Source of the DNA: Candidatus Methylomirabilia bacterium
GTDB lineage: Bacteria > Methylomirabilota > Methylomirabilia > Rokubacteriales > CSP1-6
Length of the DNA stretch: 51,025 nucleotides
Assembly: GCA_046758385.1 (NCBI GenBank)
Contig: JBHIAB010000003.1
Coordinates: 1 to 51,025, forward strand
Reading direction: 5' to 3'
Made by a program: the position numbers and the translations under genes. Below the pieces are notes generated by a model. The model was not told where the DNA came from, made no database searches, and worked only from the letters and a program-made list of their open reading frames with translations. Position 1 is the stretch's first letter, and each line of letters begins with the position of its first letter. Shown here one piece after another: positions 9,083 through 17,417 of this stretch.

Positions 9083-9844
9083 ATGTCCCTCACACCCCTC
9101 TGGCGGGATTCGACCCCACACTCGGTCACGCGCGGCGTGGCGGAGTGTGAGGGCTATTGGTCGCTCTTCGCTCTCCTGGCCAGCTTTCCCACAACGCCCG
9201 GCTGGCTCGAGCTCTGCGCACGAGACCCCGGAAGCGGCCGGACAATCCGCTTCTGGACCGTTCCCGAGGAGGTGGAGAAAATCCGCTGCTGGCTGGCCGC
9301 ACGTGCTTCCTATTCGCACGCATTCTTCGGCATCGCCCGTCGCGCTCGCGCGAGTGCCGGGACACCCAGCCTGGCCAGCCTGCCCCTCCTCTGGGCCAAC
9401 GTGAACCGAGCTTCTGTCCATGTCCCTCCGGAAGTCCCGCCGCCAACCGTCATCGTGTTCACCGGCCGGGGTCACCACCTCTACTGGGCTCTCCGGGAGG
9501 CCGTGGAGCTCAGCCTTGAGCGCGTCCGTACCGTAGATAGGGTCCTCCGGGGACTTGCCCGGTGCGTCCAGGCAGATCCGGGTTCAGCCGAGGCCGGCCA
9601 GCTCCTCAGGGTTCCCGGTACCCTCAACGCCAAGTACCGACCACCTGTCTGCACCACGGTTATCCTCCTATAACCCCGCCGGCGGGTTCCCCTCGAGGCG
9701 TTCCTCCCCTTCGCCGAACCTGACGACACCACTGCCGAATCCCGTCCGGGCAGCTCGAGCCTGGACTTCCAGCCTCCCGACGATGCCACCGACCGCGCCA
9801 TGATGGCCTGTGCCTCCTTTCTGCCACGCCATAATTCCGCATGA
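9083..9844 (+). pseudogene. Degenerate RepB-type DNA primase (plasmid/phage)
   Basis: PTVIVFTGRGHHLYWAL and DP....QLLRVPGTLN motifs. In-frame TAA at 9671-9673 is followed by plausible continuation PRRRVPLEAFLP. The expected DxD motif reads WANVN. Confidence 0.75.
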
Positions 9845-9848
9845 CAGC

Positions 9849-10340
9849 ATGTCCTTCGGAACAGCCGGCCTCGAGAGCACGGACCTCGATGAGGTTGTTC
9901 TCGACCGCAACGAGGGGCCGGCGCGTCCTGCGCTTGCGTCGGAGGATTTTATCGGGCAGTACCTTCGGGAGATCGGACGAATCCCCCTACGCTCTCCTCC
10001 GCCTTGCCGACCAGGTCAGGAAGAAAGAGGTCACACTGGATGAGCTGACCGTCCTTCCCGACACCGGCGACCCCGGGCCGGAGGAGCTCAAGCGGATCCT
10101 CGCCGCCGTCGCCCGCATCCGAAGACTCCTGCGGGACAGCGCCGACCTCCAAGCTGAACTCCGGGACGGGCGCTGCTCACCCGCGACCCGTAGAGCCCGA
10201 CAGCGTTCCATCGCTCAATCCCGGGAGACTTTCCAGCGGATCGTATCCAGCATTCCGATTGAGCTGCAGCTGGTGGACAGGCTCGTGGCCGACCTCCATC
10301 AGACGAACGCCCGGATTCAGACCCTTCGGGCCTCATCGGA
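9849..10340 (+). pseudogene. Fragment of an RpoD-like sigma70 (region 1.2 plus helical non-conserved region), frameshifted, regions 2-4 missing
   Basis: DFIGQYLREIGRIPL at 9945-9989 matches region 1.2; a helical continuation (LLRLADQVRKKEVTLDEL..QLVDRLV) follows in another frame. Confidence 0.7.
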
Positions 10341-10507
10341 AAACAAGGGCCGTCACACGGGAACGCTGAACGCTGTCGAGCCCAGCACGCGGTCCTGCCG
10401 ACCCGACTGCGCGCGGTGGGCAAACCCAGTCCCTCTCAGCTCTATGTCCACGTCGCGCCGGCGCCCTCACGAGCTCCGGCCCGCCTCTAGCCCGAATGGA
10501 TCACGCT

Positions 10508-12364
10508 TCATGGTTCGGCGTTCGTGTCGAGCGCGAGCGCGCTTCCGATCAGCCCGAGGTGGGTCAGGGTCTGAGGGAAATTCCCTAGGAACTCGCCGCT
10601 CACCGGGTCGATCTCCTCTGGATAGAGCCCCAGGTGGTTGGCCCGGGCCAAGGCGGCCTCGAAGACCTTGATCGCCTCGGCCGTCCTCCCGAGGGCGGCC
10701 AAGGCATCCACCTGCCAGAAGGCGCAGAGGGCGAAGGCGCCTTCCTGTCCCGGGCCCTCCAGGCTCCGATAGCGACGGACCAGTCCGTCAATAGTCAACT
10801 CTTTCCTGACCAGTTCAATGGTGGCTTGCACCCGCTCGTCCTCGGCTGGCAGGAATTGGCACGTGGGAAGGAGGAGCAGGCTGGCATCGAGGATGTCACT
10901 GCCGTAGCTCTGGGTGAACGCTCCTCGCCGGGGGTTCCAGCCCTTGAGCAGGATGTCACGGGCAACCGCCTCCTTGACCTCGGTCCATCGCTCCACCACG
11001 GGTCGCTCACGCTTGATCAATCTTCGGATTCCCTCCCTCACGGAGACGACGAACCCGGTGCCCTGGCCCAGCGGGTCCAGGAGGCCGATGGCTCGGTCCA
11101 GCGCGACCCAGGACATCAGCTTGGAATGAACAAAGTGTTGGTGGGCCCCTCTCATCGCCCAGATCCCCGCGTCCGGCTCCTGCCACCGCTCACAGAGGGT
11201 GTCCACGAGATGCCGGAGCGCGGCCCAGATTTTCCCGCGGAGCTTTTTGCCTTGGTGGGTCAGCAGGAAGAAGGCGTTCAGGACTTCCCCGTAAACGTCG
11301 AGCTGGAGCTGGGTGTATGCGTCGTTGCCGATCCTGACCGGTTTGGAGCCTCGGTAGCCCTCCAGGTGGGAAAGGATCCCCTCGGTCAGCCGCGCTCTCC
11401 CGTCAATCCCGTAGAGGGCCTGAAGACCCTTCGGACCATCCAGACTCCTCGCCTCAAGCCAGCGGAAGAAGGCCTGGGCTTCTTCGGTATACCCCAGGCG
11501 GAGGAGCGCATCCAGAGCCAGGGCCGAGTCTCTGAGCCAGCAGTAGCGGTAGTCCCAGTTGAGCGGCCCGCCGATCCGCTGGGGAAGTGAGGTGGTCGGA
11601 GCGGCGACGAGGGCCCCCGTTGGGCCGAATGTCAGAAGCTTGATCAGCAGGGCCGAACGTGCCACCGCCTCCCGCCAGCGTCCCCGGTAGCGGCCCTGGT
11701 CCACCCAGCGCCGCCAGAACCCGAGGGTGAGCTGGTACTTCTGCTCTGCACGGTACTCTCCGGGGGCCAGGAGGTCGGTCTCACACCCGCCGTGGGCGCA
11801 GTGGCGGAGGACCAGCCAGCGCTCCATGCCGTGGGGCACCGAGAACGTTGTGACGATCCCCTCGTCTCCTCTCTGAAGGGGGACCCCCGCAGCCAGAGCG
11901 GCCGAGACTCCCCCTCCGCGGATGATGGCCCCCCGTTCCGTGAGCTCCACCTCGGGGAGCACCCGCCCGTAGTCCGGCCGAGGATCGCAGACGACGTGAA
12001 TCGGGACCTCCCCCCAGAGCCCCCGGAGCCCTCGATACAGTTCCGGATGGTAGAGTCCCCTCGTCGATCCAGGCTCTGTGTAGGGGGGCATGAAATCCAC
12101 CAGCTCGGCTCCTCCCGACGCGGTGATGAAGCGGGTCACCAGGACGTTGGTAAAAGGCTCGTAGAACTGCTCCGTCCTGAAGGGCACGGATGGGGTGATT
12201 CGGAAATTTCCGCCCTTGTTCGCGTCAAGCAGGGATGCGAAGAGGCTGGGAGAGTCGAAGTGGGGGAGGCAGAGCCAGTCCAGGGCTCCGTCGCGGGCAA
12301 TCAGAGCCGCAGTCTGGAGGTTACCGACCACGCCGTAGTCAGAGATCGGTCGGTACCCGCTCAC
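10508..12364 (-). CDS. Glycoside hydrolase family 15 (glucoamylase/trehalase-like)
   Basis: YRPISDYGVVGN, WLCLPHFDSPS, AAPTTSLP..NWDYRYCWLRD, QLQLDVYG, GLYPEE, GNFPQ. Confidence 0.95.
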   Translation of the reverse strand: MSGYRPISDYGVVGNLQTAALIARDGALDWLCLPHFDSPSLFASLLDANKGGNFRITPSVPFRTEQFYEPFTNVLVTRFITASGGAELVDFMPPYTEPGSTRGLYHPELYRGLRGLWGEVPIHVVCDPRPDYGRVLPEVELTERGAIIRGGGVSAALAAGVPLQRGDEGIVTTFSVPHGMERWLVLRHCAHGGCETDLLAPGEYRAEQKYQLTLGFWRRWVDQGRYRGRWREAVARSALLIKLLTFGPTGALVAAPTTSLPQRIGGPLNWDYRYCWLRDSALALDALLRLGYTEEAQAFFRWLEARSLDGPKGLQALYGIDGRARLTEGILSHLEGYRGSKPVRIGNDAYTQLQLDVYGEVLNAFFLLTHQGKKLRGKIWAALRHLVDTLCERWQEPDAGIWAMRGAHQHFVHSKLMSWVALDRAIGLLDPLGQGTGFVVSVREGIRRLIKRERPVVERWTEVKEAVARDILLKGWNPRRGAFTQSYGSDILDASLLLLPTCQFLPAEDERVQATIELVRKELTIDGLVRRYRSLEGPGQEGAFALCAFWQVDALAALGRTAEAIKVFEAALARANHLGLYPEEIDPVSGEFLGNFPQTLTHLGLIGSALALDTNAEP

Positions 12365-12380
12365 TTGGTTCGCCCTCGGG

Positions 12381-13634
12381 TCACCTCTCGCAGGAGATGT
12401 CGCGATCGAAGAGGATGTTCAACCACAGGGTGAGCACCAACAGGGCCTTGTTCTTGAGGCCCACCAATCGCTGGAGGTAGGCGATCCGGTAAAACCACCA
12501 CCCGAGTCGGCCGTGGAAGGTGATGCCAAGGAGGTTGACCAACGCCATCCCGCCGCCGAGCCCCACGATGTTGCCGGTAAAGTCAAACCGGAAAGGCTCC
12601 CTCATCCGCCCCCGGATGGTGTTGATGATATTCCCCGCCGCCCGGATCCCCTGGTGGATTGCCACCGGGGCCACGGGGGGGTAGGAGCGGCCGTGCCGGC
12701 GGTCCAGGACGCACGCGCCGTCCCCAATCACATAGACCTCCGGATGCTCCGGGATCTTGAGGAACTCATCGACCACGATGGCTCCGCGCCGTGTCTTTGC
12801 CGCGGGAAGCTGGGTCATGGCCGGATTAGCGGTGACCCCGCCGGTCCAGATGAGGGTGCGTGTGGGGATCGTCTCCTCACCCCCGTTGAACTCCACGTCC
12901 TCCCCGGTGGCTCCGGTCACCCGGATCTTGAGCCTGACGTCGATCCCGCGCTTGACTAGCTCCTCTTGGCCGGCCTCGGCCAGTTCCCGGGCGAAATGGA
13001 GCAGGATCCGATCTGCCCCATCGACCAGAAGCACCCTGACCAGCGCCGCGTCTACCGGATAATACTTGAGGAGCACCCTGTGGATCAGGTGGTGCAGCTC
13101 AGCGGCAACTTCGACGCCAGAGGGCCCGGCCCCGGCAACCACGATGGTGAGAAGCTGGCGCCGCCGGACCGGATCTCGCTCGACCAGCGCCTGCTCGAAG
13201 AGCCGGATGACATGGTTCCGGATCGCCTGGGCATCTTCGACCGACGCCAGCGTGAGGCTGTGAGCCTCAAGCTGGCGGTTGCCGAAGAAGAACGGCACGC
13301 TGCCCAGGGCGACGATCAGGTAGTCATAGGGGATGGTCAGCTCCTCTGTCCGGACCGTCCGACCCTCCACGTCAACGCTCTGGACCTCCCCCTGAACGAA
13401 CTGAAACTGGCCCTTCTTCGCGAGGAAGCGAAAGGGGTAAGTCACGTGCGCCCGGCCCAGAGTGCCCGCCGTCACTTCAGGGAGCAGAGGGGTGAAGGTG
13501 AAGTAGTTCCGCCGGTCCACCAAGGTCAGGTCCGCCAGCTCGGACCCTGCCAGCTCCTTCTGAAGGGTAAGGGCGGCGTACAGCCCGCCGAACCCACCTC
13601 CCAGAATAACGACCTTGGCTGGCTGGCGCCGCAT
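12381..13634 (-). CDS. ndh: Type II NADH:quinone oxidoreductase-like flavoprotein (NDH-2)
   Basis: GGGFGG, FTPLLPEV, GAGPSGVEVAAE, WTGGV, YVIGD; start placed at ATG 13634 after SD aagggg. Confidence 0.9.
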   Translation of the reverse strand: MRRQPAKVVILGGGFGGLYAALTLQKELAGSELADLTLVDRRNYFTFTPLLPEVTAGTLGRAHVTYPFRFLAKKGQFQFVQGEVQSVDVEGRTVRTEELTIPYDYLIVALGSVPFFFGNRQLEAHSLTLASVEDAQAIRNHVIRLFEQALVERDPVRRRQLLTIVVAGAGPSGVEVAAELHHLIHRVLLKYYPVDAALVRVLLVDGADRILLHFARELAEAGQEELVKRGIDVRLKIRVTGATGEDVEFNGGEETIPTRTLIWTGGVTANPAMTQLPAAKTRRGAIVVDEFLKIPEHPEVYVIGDGACVLDRRHGRSYPPVAPVAIHQGIRAAGNIINTIRGRMREPFRFDFTGNIVGLGGGMALVNLLGITFHGRLGWWFYRIAYLQRLVGLKNKALLVLTLWLNILFDRDISCER

Positions 13635-13647
13635 GGGCGTCAGCCCC

Positions 13648-14112
13648 TTATCCGCCGAATCGGCGGAGAACATGAGGGTAGAACACCAGCATGGTTCCGA
13701 GGGTCGTGACCACCGCCACCAGGAGGAACCCCACCAGCTGGGTGGCGAGGCACCAGATCATGATCTTGGGGTCTTCTTGGAGGTACTGAGGCTTCTTCCG
13801 ACTCTGCCAGAGGAAGGCGCCGTAGACCAGCACGATAAGGGTGGCGAGCGTGGCCTTCACGTACAGCCATGTCCCCAAGGGCGAGTTGAACGACACGACG
13901 TATCCGGCCAACCCATCCCTGATCCCCACCACCATGGAGAGAATGACAAAGACCAGGCCTGCGGCCGTATTGAACCGCGTCAGGCTGTAGATCCGGTTCT
14001 CAAAGACCGAGGTGGCCAACCCCTTGAAGAGCCAGTAGTACATGGTCATGAAGGCCATGAGGAGCAACGCGATGTGGAGGTGAACGAAGAGGGGGTGGAG
14101 GACGCCTTGCAC
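13648..14112 (-). CDS. 4-TM membrane protein, DUF2231-like
   Basis: N-terminal LHPLFVHLHIAL (HPxxVH motif); four hydrophobic helices; SD gggaag. Confidence 0.65.
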   Translation of the reverse strand: MQGVLHPLFVHLHIALLLMAFMTMYYWLFKGLATSVFENRIYSLTRFNTAAGLVFVILSMVVGIRDGLAGYVVSFNSPLGTWLYVKATLATLIVLVYGAFLWQSRKKPQYLQEDPKIMIWCLATQLVGFLLVAVVTTLGTMLVFYPHVLRRFGG

Positions 14113-14123
14113 CCTCGCTTCCC

Positions 14124-14567
14124 CTACTTGACGACGATCGTGCCGCGCATGAACGGGTGAACGCTGCAGTAGTAGGCGTATTCACCGGGGGTCGCAAAGG
14201 TAGCCGTGAACTTGTCCCCACGGAACAGGAGCGGGGAGGAGACACGGCCATCAGGCTTGGGCTGATCGTCTTCGACGATTCCAGTGCTGACCTGATGGTT
14301 CGCGACGTCTTTATTGATCCAGCGGACGGTCCCCCCCGCGGCGATCGTAACCGTCTGCGGAACGAATTCGAAATTCTTGATTATCACCGACCCCTCCGGC
14401 CCGAGCGCGCCCGTTGGTGACTCTGCTCTCCCGCTCGGCGCATGCCCCACAGCGACCCCAAGTCCCATGACGATGACCCATAGGCCGGCGGTCACACTCC
14501 ACCGCCGGTTGTTTGGGTCTGAGGAGGAGACTCGCGCCTCTGGTGCCCCGGCCGCCCGCGCCCTCAT
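14124..14567 (-). CDS. Cupredoxin (plastocyanin/amicyanin-like type 1 copper protein)
   Basis: FEFVPQTVTIAAGGTVRWINKDVANHQV and YYCSVHPFMRG supply the His/Cys/His/Met ligands; hydrophobic N-region. Start uncertain. Confidence 0.9.
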   Translation of the reverse strand: MRARAAGAPEARVSSSDPNNRRWSVTAGLWVIVMGLGVAVGHAPSGRAESPTGALGPEGSVIIKNFEFVPQTVTIAAGGTVRWINKDVANHQVSTGIVEDDQPKPDGRVSSPLLFRGDKFTATFATPGEYAYYCSVHPFMRGTIVVK

Positions 14568-14649
14568 GGCCTGGCAGCGAAGGTCTAGAGGAAGCGGCCT
14601 GGAGAATCCGCGCGCATCGCGAAAGCTCCGCCTACCTACCCCCCCACCG

Positions 14650-15267
14650 CTAGGCCGGGCGGCGGTAGAGCCCTGCCATGACGACGCCATAGACCAGATG
14701 GGCCACCAAGCTCATCATCCGGAGGACCCAGGGGCTCGGCGCCGGAGTCTCGGAGGGAACCGCGGCGCACGGATTGGCCGGCGGGGGAGTGATTGCTCCG
14801 CACGGATTGGCCGGCTGTGGCTGAATCGCGCACGGATTGGCCGCTTGGGGTGCCGGCCTTACCGCGCATGGATTAGCCGGCCTCGAGGCGCCGCAGGGAT
14901 TCACCACCGTCTGGGCCTGTGCGGGCGGGCTCACGGCCGCCTGAAGCCAGGCCATCGCGGGGCCCATCAGGCTGATGGCGAACAGCCAGGGCAGGAGAGA
15001 ATACACCGCACCCCGGGCCCACGGCGAGCCCGGGAGAATCCGGTCGAAGACCAGCGCGTAGACGAGCGCCAGCGTCACGCCGATGGCGAGGTGGATAAAG
15101 CCGCCCATCACGTAGGGAGAAATCCCTAACGGGAACACCCCGCCGAGCGCCTGGAGCAGATCCATGGGGGGAAGGCCCATCAGGGGAGCGGCATACATGA
15201 GGACGGTCATGACGAGCGTGCCAACGGCTCCCGCCACGATCGCGGCAACAAGGTTCACTGACTTCAT
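14650..15267 (-). CDS. Membrane protein (DUF6789/DUF2938-like) with inserted Cys/Pro-rich NPC repeats
   Basis: AGAVGTLVMT, FIHLAIG, SLVAHLVYG TM helices; strong SD aaaggag; five NPC units before the last helix. Confidence 0.8.
   Translation of the reverse strand: MKSVNLVAAIVAGAVGTLVMTVLMYAAPLMGLPPMDLLQALGGVFPLGISPYVMGGFIHLAIGVTLALVYALVFDRILPGSPWARGAVYSLLPWLFAISLMGPAMAWLQAAVSPPAQAQTVVNPCGASRPANPCAVRPAPQAANPCAIQPQPANPCGAITPPPANPCAAVPSETPAPSPWVLRMMSLVAHLVYGVVMAGLYRRPA
14761..14907 (-). repeat. Five imperfect intragenic repeats encoding (A/V)NPC(A/G)
   Basis: gcacggattggc-like units at about 14767, 14800, 14830, 14866 and 14893. Confidence 0.9.
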
Positions 15268-15432
15268 GGTGTCTCCTTTCTTTGGTCGAACATGTCAGGA
15301 CTCGCATCAGCCGAGACACCCCTACGATGCCCGAGAGGCACCGGAAGATTCGATGAGGTCCCCGAATCCTCGGACGGGGAAATGCCCTCTTAGAAAAGGT
15401 AAGGAGACCGGCTGGCGAGGCGAGGACGCGTT

Positions 15433-15666
15433 ATGCTTGGCTGCCGCGATCTCGGGGAGCTGCTCGGGGAGTACCTCGATGGGGAGCTGGACTCCGCCAC
15501 GGTCGAGGTCCTCGAGGTGCATCTGGCAGGCTGTCAGGAGTGCACGGCGTTCACCAACACCTATCAGGGCACGGTTCGCACCACGCACCAGCTACGGGAA
15601 GAGCAGATGCCCTCCCGACTCAGGGAACGCCTGCGGGCGTTTCTCCGCCAGCAGAACCGATCCTGA
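15433..15666 (+). CDS. zf-HC2 (ZAS) anti-sigma-factor-like protein
   Basis: C..LGEYLDGEL..HLAGCQEC (HxxxCxxC); SD gagga. Confidence 0.88.
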   Translation: MLGCRDLGELLGEYLDGELDSATVEVLEVHLAGCQECTAFTNTYQGTVRTTHQLREEQMPSRLRERLRAFLRQQNRS

Positions 15667-15741
15667 CCGTGACCTGCCCGGTCTTCGTGGACGGGATGAC
15701 AGTACGACAGCGCCGACCGCGAACGGACCAGCTCCGTGGGG

Positions 15742-15855
15742 GTGCGGGCACGGGAGATGTCAACGAACTTCGCTGAGATCGAACGGGATACCGTGGTCGC
15801 CGGCCTCTTCGCCGGGATGGTGGTAGCCCTTCAGGGGGCGCATGAACTGGTGTGA
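15742..15855 (+). pseudogene. Possible short remnant of an MlaE-type ABC permease
   Basis: Translates to ..EIERDTVVAGLFAGMVVALQGAHELV*, resembling the MlaE GxFxGMVxALQ helix. Confidence 0.4.
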
Positions 15856-16000
15856 GTTCTTGCACCTGAGGCCCCTTAGGCAACATTCGGGCCCCTATTC
15901 TTCCTGGGGATCCTGCGTCCGCGGGACGAAGTACAATAGAGCTGCGATCGACTTCGGAGGCGGCAGGGTGTCAAGGGAATGTCCCTGTCGCGGAGGATCG

Positions 16001-16981
16001 ATGGGGAACGCGCCCGTGTGGGACGTGCTGGCCCGCAGAAGTCTCGCCGCGGCGTTGGCCTTTTCCCTGCTCGCGGCCGGATGCGCTCGCACCACCCTGG
16101 TCCTGCCCGTCCGGATCGAGCCGGAGACGCTCTCGGCACCGGCTGCCATCGACTCCCTCGCCGACTACGAATCGGTCGTCAGATCCATCGCGGCGGTCAT
16201 GGTAGCCGAGCTCGGCGTTCCACTCCCCCGGCAATTCACAGTCTTCGTGTGCCAAACCCGAGCTGCCTACGAGCGGACGCTGATTCGCGAGGGCCGGACG
16301 CCCGCGGCGCGGGCGGCGGAGATCGCCCAGTACTCGGTCGGCCTCGGGCAACACCAACGGCTGTTCATCGACGACGAGGGGCTCCGCGGCGCTCCGAGAA
16401 CAGCTCGGCTGCGCATCGTGGCACACGAGCTCACCCACCTGGCACAGTACGAGTTATCCGACGGTCGGCGCGGCAGCTCTGAGCAGTGGCTTCGCGAAGG
16501 GATGGCCGATTGGGTGGCCGTCCGGGTGCTCGAGCGGCTGGGTGAGGACATGTTTTTCCATCAGCGGGACCGCGCCCTTCGGACAGTGGCGCGCGCGCTG
16601 CCGAGGCTCGAGGACAAGGCGCTGGATCTCGTGGATCTGGGGCGACCCCTCGGGTGGGAGGCACGGCATCTCCGCTCCGGGAGCCAACTGACCTACCAGC
16701 TCGCCTTTCTGCTCACCGCGGACCTCATTCGGCAGCGCGGGTTCGAGAGCCTCATCGCGTACTTCCGGGCCTTCGCTCACTTCGACGACCGATTCGGTCA
16801 CTTCCGGCGCGCGTTCGGCCTGCCGGTATCAGAGTTCGAATCCCGTGCGCTCCGTCGCATCCACGACGAACTGCAGCGTAAGGTGCCAGCTTCGGCGGGC
16901 GAGCCGCTTGGCGGGCCGGACGCCGCGGCTGGAGCCCGCAAACGCCACGAGCCCGAGGGCAACGCCGGGCAGCGCGATTGA
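16001..16981 (+). CDS. Lipoprotein zinc metallopeptidase (MA clan, gluzincin-like)
   Basis: SD ggagga; lipobox LAAGC; AHELTH..WLREGMAD motif. Confidence 0.8.
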   Translation: MGNAPVWDVLARRSLAAALAFSLLAAGCARTTLVLPVRIEPETLSAPAAIDSLADYESVVRSIAAVMVAELGVPLPRQFTVFVCQTRAAYERTLIREGRTPAARAAEIAQYSVGLGQHQRLFIDDEGLRGAPRTARLRIVAHELTHLAQYELSDGRRGSSEQWLREGMADWVAVRVLERLGEDMFFHQRDRALRTVARALPRLEDKALDLVDLGRPLGWEARHLRSGSQLTYQLAFLLTADLIRQRGFESLIAYFRAFAHFDDRFGHFRRAFGLPVSEFESRALRRIHDELQRKVPASAGEPLGGPDAAAGARKRHEPEGNAGQRD

Positions 16982-17047
16982 GGCGCGCTCACCGGCCAAT
17001 GAGGCGTGGGGGGGAATAGGCGCGACATCTGAGGTGTTAGCGAACAT

Positions 17048-17386
17048 ATGGATCGCTCGGGCCTCAAACTCGGCGCCTTTGCTGGACTCCTCGGCATCGC
17101 CTGCTGTGTAAGTCCTGCGGTCCTGGTCCTGCTCGGGCTGAGCTCGGTCTCATTCGCGATCAGCCTCGGGAACACCCTGTACTACGAGTATCGATGGTAC
17201 TTCAGGGGCGCGGCGCTTCTTCTGGCTAGCATCGGCGTCGTCAGGATCTTGCGAGATCGAAAGACGTGCAGCGTCCGGGGCGCCGCGACACAGTGGAAGC
17301 TCATCGCGAGCGTTATCGTCGCCATGGTGGTCGTCTACGTGTCGCTCTACTGGGCCACCTCCTACCTGGGCCGGACCGCCTACTGA
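17048..17386 (+). CDS. MerT-like small metal-transport membrane protein
   Basis: IACCVSP vicinal Cys pair in TM1, YRWYF, loop Cys, three TM helices. Confidence 0.65.
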   Translation: MDRSGLKLGAFAGLLGIACCVSPAVLVLLGLSSVSFAISLGNTLYYEYRWYFRGAALLLASIGVVRILRDRKTCSVRGAATQWKLIASVIVAMVVVYVSLYWATSYLGRTAY

Positions 17387-17388
17387 TC
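17284..17388 (+). repeat. Direct repeat copy 2 (pairs with 1..105)
   Basis: 103 of 105 nt identical to the window start. Confidence 0.95.
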
Positions 17389-17417
17389 TCCCATCCCCTC
17401 GACTCGCCGCCAACCCC

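Noticed and set aside
10418-10435. GGGCAAACCC as a c-di-GMP-I riboswitch
   Set aside because: The GAAA tetraloop stem and receptor stem are missing, and no gene lies downstream on that strand.
14761-14907. NPC repeats as a mini CRISPR array
   Set aside because: Units are only about 12 nt, in frame within a CDS, vary at synonymous sites, and no cas genes are present.
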